Origin: Vicinamibacteria bacterium
GTDB taxonomy: Bacteria > Acidobacteriota > Vicinamibacteria > Marinacidobacterales > Marinacidobacteraceae
DNA length: 64,000 nt
Assembly: GCA_965199715.1 (NCBI GenBank)
Contig: OZ241322.1
Span: forward strand, 480,001-544,000
Direction: 5' to 3'
The translations under genes and the position numbers were made by a program. Every line of letters begins with the position of its first letter. Position 1 is the stretch's first letter. This document shows positions 1-7,834 of this stretch, in pieces. The notes under the pieces were generated by a model, which saw only the letters and a program-made list of their open reading frames with translations, made no database searches and had not been told where the DNA came from.

Positions 1-28
1 GCGCAGCGCGAGCGAGGAGAGCGTTTCG

Positions 29-1285
29 GTGCGGACGCTGTGGACCTTCTACGTCGGCGAGGACACGGTCGAGGCCGAGGAGCTTCCGCCGCCCGGGGAC
101 AACTTCGAGATCGCCTTCCAGGGGGCCTTCGTCGCGCTCGAGGCGGTCTCCGCCCACCCCGAGCTCACCGGGGGGACGGTGCTCATCTCCTTCGCCTTCG
201 CTCCGTTCGAGCTGGCGCAGGGCGCCACCGGCGGACTTCCCGAGTCGCTGAACGACTTCGACGTGGGCGCCGGCCTCCTGATCGGCCTCGGGGGCCTGGG
301 GCTCGTGTTCGTCGCGCTTCAGGTGTTCGCGGTCTATGTCGGCGTGCGCCTCGCCCGGTCCATCACCCGCTCGGTAGAGGCGCTCAGCGACGGGACCCGC
401 ATGGTCCGCAGCGGCAACTTCGGCCACGCGCTCACGGTTCCCTCGCGCGACCAGCTCGGGGATCTGGCCCGGTCCTTCAACGTGATGACCGCGAAGATCC
501 GGGACGACATGGAGCGCCTCCGGCAAGCCGCCCACCTCGAGCAGGAGATGGACACCGCGCGCGACGCGCAGGCGCGCCTGCTCCCGCGCGACGGCGCGGT
601 GACGGTCCCGGGGTTCGAGGTCGCGGCGGTCTGCCGCCCCGCCGCCGCCGTGGGCGGGGACTACTACGACCTGATCCCGCTCGGGCCGAACCGTCTCGGC
701 GTGGTCATCGCCGACGTTTCCGGAACCGGCGCCCGCGCCGCGTTCACCATGGCGGAGCTGAAGGGACTCATCCTCGCTCTCAGCCGCGTGCACGAGTCGC
801 CCCGGAAGGTGCTCGTCGCGGCCAACCGCGCGCTGTACGAGACCCTCGACCGCCGAACCTTCATCACCATCACCTACGCGGTCTTCGACTCCGAAGCCGG
901 CTCCGTGACATTCGCCCGGGCGGGGCACAGCCCCCTGCTCCGGCTCCGTCGCGGGAACGGGGCGGCCGCCCGGTGCGAGCTGTCGGCCCCCCGGGGCCTT
1001 GGCCTCGCGCTGGACCCGGGGCCCATCTTCGAGCGCGTGCTCGAGGAGCGCACCGCCCCGCTCGCAGCCGGAGAAACGTGGGTGTTCTTTACCGACGGGG
1101 TTTCGGAGGCCATGAACGGCGACTCCGAGATGTTCGGCGAGGAACGCCTCGCCCGCCTTCTGGAAGACAGTTGGAGGCAGCCGCCCGAAGAAATGCAGCA
1201 GACCGTGGAGGACGCCGTGCTCGACTTTACCGGGGCCAAGACCCACAACGACGACCTGAGCATGGTCGTGGTCCGGGTGCTCTGA
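29..1285 (+). CDS. Membrane HAMP + SpoIIE/PP2C (RsbU-like) Ser/Thr phosphatase; probably 5'-truncated by the window edge
   Basis: TM helix, HAMP (RDQLGDLARSFNVM), PP2C motifs VGGDYYD, IADVSG, FTDGVSEA, HNDDLS. Confidence 0.9.
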   Translation: MRTLWTFYVGEDTVEAEELPPPGDNFEIAFQGAFVALEAVSAHPELTGGTVLISFAFAPFELAQGATGGLPESLNDFDVGAGLLIGLGGLGLVFVALQVFAVYVGVRLARSITRSVEALSDGTRMVRSGNFGHALTVPSRDQLGDLARSFNVMTAKIRDDMERLRQAAHLEQEMDTARDAQARLLPRDGAVTVPGFEVAAVCRPAAAVGGDYYDLIPLGPNRLGVVIADVSGTGARAAFTMAELKGLILALSRVHESPRKVLVAANRALYETLDRRTFITITYAVFDSEAGSVTFARAGHSPLLRLRRGNGAAARCELSAPRGLGLALDPGPIFERVLEERTAPLAAGETWVFFTDGVSEAMNGDSEMFGEERLARLLEDSWRQPPEEMQQTVEDAVLDFTGAKTHNDDLSMVVVRVL

Positions 1286-2787
1286 TGCGCCGACGACGCC
1301 GGACCCGGGCCGCGCCGCCGAAGGCGCGGCGCCCGCTCGCCTTCTTCCGGAGCCGCCTCGGCCACCGGTTCCGCAAGCTCGATCTCCTCGAACGGGCGCT
1401 GACCCACGGTTCCTACGCCCATGACCACGGCGTGGGGGACTACGAGCGGCTGGAGTTCGTCGGCGACGCCGCGCTCGGCCTCGCGGTGACCGAGATCTTC
1501 TACTTCGCCTGCCCCGACTGGACGCTGCATCGGCGCCAGGAGGCCAAGTCGGCGATCGTGAACAACGAGTCGCTCGCGGCCGCGGCGCGGACGCTCCAGC
1601 TTCCCGACGGATTGCGGGTCGGGGCCGGTCAGGGCGGCGAACAGGGGGCGCGTTCCTCGGACCGCATCCTCGCGAACGTCTTCGAGGCGGTGCTCGGGGC
1701 GGCGTGGCTGGACGGCGGCCTCGACGGGGTGCGCGGCGTCGTCCGGACCGCGTTCGACGACCGGTTCGAGTCCTTCGGTGCGGACCCCGACGCGGGTCCG
1801 GGCCGGCGCTCCCCGAGGCGCCTCTACTTCGCCGCGATCCGGATCGTGCGCCGCGTCCTCGGGCTCGCGACCCCGGTGGAGCGGGCGATGGGGCGCGCGT
1901 TCGGGGACCGGGAGCCGCTGCGCGCGGCGGAACACGCGAGCCCCCGCCGGTCGTGGCGGCGCCGGGGGCGACGGCCCCGCCGGCCCCGCGAGGAGCGCGG
2001 CGACGGCGGCGCGCAGCGGTTCCTCGGCCGCGACGTCCTGCACCTCGTGATCGCGGACGCGCTCCACGCGCGGTTCCCCGACTGGGACGAGGGACGCATG
2101 ACGCTCGCCCGGATGCGCCTCCTCGAACGCGACTTCCTCGTGCGGATCGGCGGCGCCTGGAACGTCGAGGCCGGGGAGTCCCGGGCGGCGGTCGTCGAGG
2201 GACTGCTCGGCGCGCTCTTGCTCGACGGCGGCCTCGCAGCGGCGAAGAAGGCGCTCGCCCCCGTCATGCGGCCCGCGCTCGACGATCTGGAGGATCCGAA
2301 CCTCGAGCTCCTCGACGCCAAGACGCTGCTCCAGAACCGCATCGCGAAGGCGGGCGGCGAGCCTCCGCGGTACCGGGAGGTGTCCCGTCCCGGCCGGGGC
2401 CACGCCGCGGTCGTGCTCCGGCTGGCGGACGGCAAGACCTTCCAGGGGACCGGCAGGGGCGTCAAGGACGCGGAGAAGGACGCCGCCGCCCAGGCGTTCC
2501 GGCGCCTCTACTCCGCCGCGCGCCCCGACAAGAAGGAACGCCCCTGCAAGCCGTCCGACGCAGCCCCGCGCTCCGAGAACCCCAAGGGCGCGCTCCAGGA
2601 GCTGGTGGCGAAGGAGCAGCGGGAGGTTCCGACCTACCGGGTGCTCGCCGAGGAAGGGCCCGAACACGACAAGACCTTCCACGTGGAGGTGCTCGTCGCC
2701 GGACGGGCGCTCGCCCGGGGCCGCGGGCCGAGCAAGCGGCGCGCCGAGGCCGAAGCCGCGGCGGCGGCCCTCGACGCGAGGCGCTGA
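1285..2787 (+). CDS. rnc: Ribonuclease III-family protein with two tandem RNase III domains (second degenerate) and two dsRBDs
   Basis: ATG at 1285 overlaps the upstream stop (TGATG); RALTHGS, ERLEFVGD, NVFEAVLGAAWLDGG; second copy QRFLGRDVL...VVEGLLGALLLDGG; dsRBDs DAKTLLQ...AEKDAA and NPKGALQE...GPEHDKTF...SKRRAEAEAA. Confidence 0.88.
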   Translation: MRRRRRTRAAPPKARRPLAFFRSRLGHRFRKLDLLERALTHGSYAHDHGVGDYERLEFVGDAALGLAVTEIFYFACPDWTLHRRQEAKSAIVNNESLAAAARTLQLPDGLRVGAGQGGEQGARSSDRILANVFEAVLGAAWLDGGLDGVRGVVRTAFDDRFESFGADPDAGPGRRSPRRLYFAAIRIVRRVLGLATPVERAMGRAFGDREPLRAAEHASPRRSWRRRGRRPRRPREERGDGGAQRFLGRDVLHLVIADALHARFPDWDEGRMTLARMRLLERDFLVRIGGAWNVEAGESRAAVVEGLLGALLLDGGLAAAKKALAPVMRPALDDLEDPNLELLDAKTLLQNRIAKAGGEPPRYREVSRPGRGHAAVVLRLADGKTFQGTGRGVKDAEKDAAAQAFRRLYSAARPDKKERPCKPSDAAPRSENPKGALQELVAKEQREVPTYRVLAEEGPEHDKTFHVEVLVAGRALARGRGPSKRRAEAEAAAAALDARR

Positions 2788-2836
2788 GGCCGCGCGCCGA
2801 GCCCTCTATACTCCCCGCCCGAACCGAACGAACGCC

Positions 2837-4045
2837 TTGGAATCCCTGAACTTCGAGCTGAACGAGGACCAGCGCGCCACCGAGGCGCTGGTCCGCGATT
2901 TCGCGTCGCGCGAGGTCGCCCCGCGCATCCGCGAGAACGACGCGGCCCGGCGCTTCGACCGGACCATCCTCGAGCGCATGGGCGCGCTCGGGATTCTCGG
3001 CCTCTCGATCCCCGAGCGGTACGGCGGCGCGGGGCTCGACTACGTCTGCCTCGGGCTCGCCTCCGAAGAGCTCGAATACGTGGACACCTCGCTCAGGGTC
3101 GTCATGTCGGTCCACGCCGGGCTCAACTCGCTGTCGCTGCTGACGTGGGGCGACGAGGAGCAGAAGGAGCGCTTCCTGAAGCCGCAGGCCGAAGGCCGGG
3201 CGATCGGGACCTACGGCCTCACCGAGCCCGACGCCGGGAGCGACGCCGTGGGCATCCGCTCGACGGCGGTGAAGGACGGGGACGGCTACGTCCTCAACGG
3301 GGAAAAGCACTGGATCTCGCTCGCCGAGATCGCCGACAACTTCCTCGTGATCGTCTGGACCGACGCCGACAAGCGCCGGAACCGGGACCACACCGGACTC
3401 TCCGCCTTCATCGTGGAGCGGTCCAGCGACGGCTTCGAATCGGGCGCCATGACCGGGAAGTGGGGCATCCGCGCCGGCAACACCGGCTGGTTCCGCATGC
3501 GCGACGTCCGGGTTCCGGAATCCTGCCGGCTGGGCGCCGAGGGCGAGGGGTTCCGGATCGCGATGTCCGCGCTGGACCAGGGCCGCTTCACCGTCGCCGC
3601 CGGAGCCACCGGGCTCATCCGCGCCTGCCGCGACGCGAGCGTCAAGTGGGCGCTCTCGCGGAAGTCCTTCGGCGAGGAGATCGCCCGGCACCAGCTCGTC
3701 AAGCAGATGATCGCCCACATGGAGCGCGACTACGAAGTCTCGCGGCTCCTGTGGCTGCGCGCCGGGGACCTCAAGAACCGCGGGAAGCGGGACACCCGGG
3801 AGACCTCGCTCGCCAAGTGGGTCGCCACGGTCGCGTCGGAACGCTCCGCCTCCGACGCGATCCAGATCCACGGCTGCTACGGATACTCGGACGAGTACCC
3901 GGTCGGCCGGTTCTGGCGCAACTCGAAGGGCGCGGTCATATACGAGGGCACCCGCGAGATCCACACGCTGGTGCAGGCCGACTACGCGCTCGGGTACCGG
4001 CGCGACCGGCCGGCGCGGGTCGCCCTGCCCCCGTTCGAGGGCTGA
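2837..4045 (+). CDS. Acyl-CoA dehydrogenase
   Basis: [35 protein letters not shown]. Confidence 0.95.
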   Translation: MESLNFELNEDQRATEALVRDFASREVAPRIRENDAARRFDRTILERMGALGILGLSIPERYGGAGLDYVCLGLASEELEYVDTSLRVVMSVHAGLNSLSLLTWGDEEQKERFLKPQAEGRAIGTYGLTEPDAGSDAVGIRSTAVKDGDGYVLNGEKHWISLAEIADNFLVIVWTDADKRRNRDHTGLSAFIVERSSDGFESGAMTGKWGIRAGNTGWFRMRDVRVPESCRLGAEGEGFRIAMSALDQGRFTVAAGATGLIRACRDASVKWALSRKSFGEEIARHQLVKQMIAHMERDYEVSRLLWLRAGDLKNRGKRDTRETSLAKWVATVASERSASDAIQIHGCYGYSDEYPVGRFWRNSKGAVIYEGTREIHTLVQADYALGYRRDRPARVALPPFEG

Positions 4046-4057
4046 GCGAACCCCCGG

Positions 4058-5038
4058 ATGCCCGGCGCGCTTCCCGAGTGGGTCGCCGGGCGCATGGTCC
4101 GGGTCGTGGAGGCCGGGGCGATCGAGTGCGCCCGCACCATCGGGCGCGGCGACCGCCGCCATTCGGACGCGGTCGCGGTCAAGGCGATGCGCGCCGCGCT
4201 GGACGACGTTCCCGTGCGCGGGACCGTGGTCATCGGCGAGGGGGAGCGCGACCGCGCCCCGATGCTCTGGTCGGGCGAGTCCTTCGGCCGGGGCGGGCCG
4301 GAGGATCCGGCCGTCGAGATCGCGGTGGATCCGCTCGAGGGCACGAACCTGTGCGCCACGGGCGGACCCGGCGCGATCGCGGTCCTCGCCGCGTCCGGGT
4401 CCGGCGGGCTGCTGCGCGCCCCCGACGTGTACATGGACAAGATCGTGGTGGGACCCGCCGCCGCGGGGCTCCTCGGCGGGCGCGTCCGGCTCGGCCAGCC
4501 TCCCGGCGACGCCGTGGCCGCGATCGCGGAAGCGGAGGGCCTGCCCCCCGAGGAGATCACGATCGCGGTCCTCGACCGGCCCCGGCACGCCGAGCTCGTC
4601 GCGGGGATCCGCGCCGCCGGCGCCCGGGTCCTGCTGATCGGCGACGGCGACCTGAGCGCCGGGATCCGCGCCGCGACGCCGGGGACTGGGATCCACGCGG
4701 CGATCGGTTCCGGCGGCGCCCCCGAGGGGGTGATCGCGGCGGCGGCGATCCGCTGTCTGGGCGGCGGGATGCTCGGCAGGCTGCTCACGCGCGGCCCGGA
4801 GGAACGGGAGCGGATCGAACGCGTCGGCGTGCGGGAGCCGTACGAGCCGAAGGACGCCGCGACGCTCGCGCCGGGGCCGGATCTCGTGGTCTGCGCGACC
4901 GGAGTCACCGACGGCGATCTCGTGGACGGCGTCCGGTTCTCGCGGGACGGGATCCGCACGACGACCTGGATCCTGACCGGCGATCCGCCGGAAACCTCGC
5001 GACTGACGCGCTCCCGGCGGCTCGGGACTCCGGTATGA
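4058..5038 (+). CDS. glpX: Class II fructose-1,6-bisphosphatase
   Basis: [48 protein letters not shown]. Confidence 0.95.
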   Translation: MPGALPEWVAGRMVRVVEAGAIECARTIGRGDRRHSDAVAVKAMRAALDDVPVRGTVVIGEGERDRAPMLWSGESFGRGGPEDPAVEIAVDPLEGTNLCATGGPGAIAVLAASGSGGLLRAPDVYMDKIVVGPAAAGLLGGRVRLGQPPGDAVAAIAEAEGLPPEEITIAVLDRPRHAELVAGIRAAGARVLLIGDGDLSAGIRAATPGTGIHAAIGSGGAPEGVIAAAAIRCLGGGMLGRLLTRGPEERERIERVGVREPYEPKDAATLAPGPDLVVCATGVTDGDLVDGVRFSRDGIRTTTWILTGDPPETSRLTRSRRLGTPV

Positions 5039-5101
5039 TTGGGGCCGCGGCACGGGCCATTCGCAACGGGCCATCCAGTCTCGCCGCGTCAGTGCATCTT
5101 G

Positions 5102-5518
5102 GTGTTCGATCCCGCGGTCGTCAGGGCGGCCGTCGCCGCGTTTCTTGACGACGGCCCGGCGCGCACCTACTACTTCGATCGGGATTCGTCGCGGATCGTG
5201 AGCGTCTCGGAGGATCAGGAGGACTCCGCGACGCAACGGATCGTCTGGCAGCTCGAGTCGGACACCCGCGGCCGCTTTGTCCCGATCCCCAAGCCCAAGC
5301 TCGAGGAAACCCTCAGCGAACAGGACGAGTTCGTCGAGCGGCTCCCGGAAGGGGATCTCCGCCAGCGGCTGGAGAAGCTCATCGAGGACGACCCGGACGG
5401 GAGCAAGATGGCGGAGGTCGTGGTCCGCAACCGCGAGGCCCGCAACGCTTGGCGGCTGTTTCGCACCGGTCGCGCCGAGACCCGCGCCCGCGCGTTCCTA
5501 GGGAACCTCGACGCCTAG
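5102..5518 (+). CDS. UPF0158-like protein (start approximate)
   Basis: YYFDRDSSRI, RFVPIP, EFVERL, W..FR pattern typical of UPF0158. Confidence 0.6.
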   Translation: MFDPAVVRAAVAAFLDDGPARTYYFDRDSSRIVSVSEDQEDSATQRIVWQLESDTRGRFVPIPKPKLEETLSEQDEFVERLPEGDLRQRLEKLIEDDPDGSKMAEVVVRNREARNAWRLFRTGRAETRARAFLGNLDA

Positions 5519-5587
5519 CCGGTCGGGGCCGCTGGCGCCGGCCTTGCATTCCGCTAGGTCGTGCAGTCGTTTCCTGGAGGGAATCCA

Positions 5588-7558
5588 ATGCTCCGCCCCA
5601 ACGAGCCCGTCCCCATGCGATTTCGCTGGCTGTTCGCCGCGGTAGCGGCCCTGCTGGCCGTTCCCGCCGCCGGCGCCGCCCAGGATTCGACCCGGTCGTA
5701 CGCCTACGGCGCCCTGAGCGACGTCGAGGGAGACGTCTGGCTGCAGCGGGCCGACGACTTCGGCGCGAACGAGGCCGAGCCCAACAGCCCGTTCCTCCCG
5801 GGCGACCGGCTCTGGACCCGGGAGCCCGGGCAGGCGGAGGTGCGGTTCGCCGGCCGGGTGACCGCGTGGCTGCACGAGCGCACCAAGCTCGACTACGTGG
5901 AGGGCGACGAGCCGCACCGGCTGGGCTTCTGGACGGGGAGCCTCCTGCTCCGGGTCGGCGACGACGCTTCGGTCGTGGTCGAGAGCCCCGGAGGCTCGCT
6001 CGCTCCCCAAAGCGCCGGCCGGTTCCGCCTCGACGTGCTCGAGGAGGGACAGGGCGTCCGGTTCGTCGCCCTCGAGGGGATCGCGACGGTCCAGAGCGAC
6101 GCCGGCTCCGTCGTGCTGGCGACCGGCCAGCGGACCGTCTCCTCCGCCGACGGCGCGCCGAGCGCCCCGGAGAACATCGACGGAGTCGATCAGGACGCGC
6201 TGATGGAATGGGCGGACAGCCGCGACGCAAGCCGCGCCCTCAGCGAGAACGTCCCCTACGACGAGCTTCCGGACGAGGTCCAGGAGCACGTCCACGACCT
6301 GCAGGGCCACGGCCACTGGCGCCGCGACCCGCACCTCGGCTGGGCGTGGTACCCGACCGTCGCGGCGGGCTGGGCTCCCTACCACTACGGGCGCTGGGCC
6401 TACACCCCCTTCGGCCACACCTGGATCTCCTACGACCCGTGGGGTTGGGCGCCGTACCACTACGGACGCTGGGGCTACGGCTCCACCGGGTGGTACTGGC
6501 TCCCGGGCTCCCACTGGGGGCCGGCGTGGGTCTCGTGGGCGTGGGGGCCGGACTGGATCGGCTGGTCGCCGCTCGGCTACTACAACCGGCCGGTGTACGG
6601 GTTCCACGCGGTCCGGGGCGGGTTCTACGGCGGCGGCGCGCGGCCGGGGACGGTCGTCGGACGCGCCGTGGCGCGCGGCGAGGCCAACCGGCGCGCCCGC
6701 CCGCGCCACGGCTGGAGCTTCGCGGACCGGTCCGCCATGGGGCGGGCGGGCTCCCGGAACCGGCTCGACGTCTCGACCGCGCGAAACCTCCGGGACGCGC
6801 GCGTCTCGGGCCGGGGCGCGGTGCTCGACCGGAACCTCCGCGAGCGGGCCGTGGGCCGGACCGCGATCGCGACGTCCACGGCGTCGACCGTCCGCAACCT
6901 CTCGAACGCGCGGCGCGGCGCGATGGTCCGCGACCGGCGCGCCACCGCCGGCGCGCAGCGCCTCGCGGCCCCGGCGCGCAGCGCCCGCAGCCGGGCGACC
7001 GCGGGGCCCGCGCCCGGGACTGTCCCGTGGACTTCGGGCGCGGCGTCCCGAAGCGCTCCCCGTGCGGCGCCCCGCGCGACCGGAAACCGGCTGGGCGGAC
7101 GTCCCGGCGCCAGCCGCACGGCTCGCCCGCCGCGGCCGCGCGCGGCGCCGTCCGGCGGCGGCGCCCGCAGGCCCAGTTCGGTCCGGCCCAGCTCCCGCCC
7201 GAGCTCGGCGGCTCCCCGGTCCCGCCCATCCCGGCCCAGCTCCAGCCCGAGTTCGGCGGCCCCGCGCTCCCGCCCCTCCCGCCCGAGCTCGGCGGCCCCG
7301 CGCTCCCGCCCCTCCCGCCCGAGCTCGGCGGCCCCGCGCTCCCGCCCCTCCCGCCCGAGCTCGGCGGCTCCCCGGTCCCGCCCATCCCGGCCCAGCTCCA
7401 GCTCGCGCCCGAGTTCGGCGGCCCCGCGCTCCCGCCCTTCCCGCCCGAGTTCGGCGGCCCCGCGCTCCCGCCCTTCCCGCCCGAGCTCGGCGGCTCCCCG
7501 GTCCCGCCCATCCCGGCCCAGCTCCAGCTCGCGCCCCAGGTCCCGGCCGAACCGCTAG
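5588..7558 (+). CDS. Exported FecR-like + DUF6600-type protein with Ser/Arg/Pro repeat tail
   Basis: GGAGG RBS before ATG 5588; signal peptide; GDRLWT FecR-like start; W/Y/G-rich WAPYHYGRW repeats; low-complexity C-terminus. Confidence 0.75.
   Translation: MLRPNEPVPMRFRWLFAAVAALLAVPAAGAAQDSTRSYAYGALSDVEGDVWLQRADDFGANEAEPNSPFLPGDRLWTREPGQAEVRFAGRVTAWLHERTKLDYVEGDEPHRLGFWTGSLLLRVGDDASVVVESPGGSLAPQSAGRFRLDVLEEGQGVRFVALEGIATVQSDAGSVVLATGQRTVSSADGAPSAPENIDGVDQDALMEWADSRDASRALSENVPYDELPDEVQEHVHDLQGHGHWRRDPHLGWAWYPTVAAGWAPYHYGRWAYTPFGHTWISYDPWGWAPYHYGRWGYGSTGWYWLPGSHWGPAWVSWAWGPDWIGWSPLGYYNRPVYGFHAVRGGFYGGGARPGTVVGRAVARGEANRRARPRHGWSFADRSAMGRAGSRNRLDVSTARNLRDARVSGRGAVLDRNLRERAVGRTAIATSTASTVRNLSNARRGAMVRDRRATAGAQRLAAPARSARSRATAGPAPGTVPWTSGAASRSAPRAAPRATGNRLGGRPGASRTARPPRPRAAPSGGGARRPSSVRPSSRPSSAAPRSRPSRPSSSPSSAAPRSRPSRPSSAAPRSRPSRPSSAAPRSRPSRPSSAAPRSRPSRPSSSSRPSSAAPRSRPSRPSSAAPRSRPSRPSSAAPRSRPSRPSSSSRPRSRPNR
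7196..7536 (+). repeat. Coding tandem repeat, 36-bp unit, 8 copies (RPSSAAPRSRPS)
   Basis: Unit ccgagctcggcggccccgcgctcccgcccctcccgc and variants read directly. Confidence 0.9.
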
Positions 7559-7578
7559 AGCCGCCGCGAGGCCCGTAT

Positions 7579-7621
7579 CGGGCGCGTTCCCGCCGGTGGG
7601 AGCGCGCCCGCCTTTCGTGTT
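7579..7621 (+). terminator. Putative intrinsic terminator
   Basis: Stem cgggcgcgttccc / gggagcgcgcccg followed by cctttcgtgtt, just after the 7558 stop. Confidence 0.6.
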
Positions 7622-7738
7622 CCCGATCGCCGCGGCAACCGGAATCCCAACGGCGCGAAAGCGTTTCAAGACCCGGCCCGACACGGCCGAAATGGACGCT
7701 TGCGCCGCCCGCGCCCGGTTGGTAAAGAATTGGGGTTA

Positions 7739-7786
7739 CCCCAACATCTAGGGGTACGGGGTGGTTCGCACCACTACATCTTGTTG
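7739..7786 (+). promoter_or_regulatory. Tandem NrdR boxes (7739-7754 and 7771-7786)
   Basis: cccCAACATCTAGggg and ccaCTACATCTTGttg match the core C-W-A-n-A-T-n-T-W-G, are 32 bp apart, and lie upstream of a ribonucleotide reductase. Confidence 0.85.
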
Positions 7787-7834
7787 TTCGGCCCGCTTCG
7801 CCCCCTATCGAGCGACGGAGAGAGAAAGCGCCCC

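Noticed and set aside
40-1284. N-terminal 415 aa of the 915-aa ORF as part of the RNase III
   Set aside because: Arg-rich off-frame reading of the phosphatase gene; ATG 1285 is the credible start
7196-7536. 36-bp repeats as a CRISPR array
   Set aside because: Contiguous in-frame tandem units without unique spacers; no cas genes
7560-7834. Cobalamin riboswitch upstream of nrdJ
   Set aside because: No B12-box or GCCACTG/GGGAAG elements seen; the region is explained by a terminator and NrdR boxes
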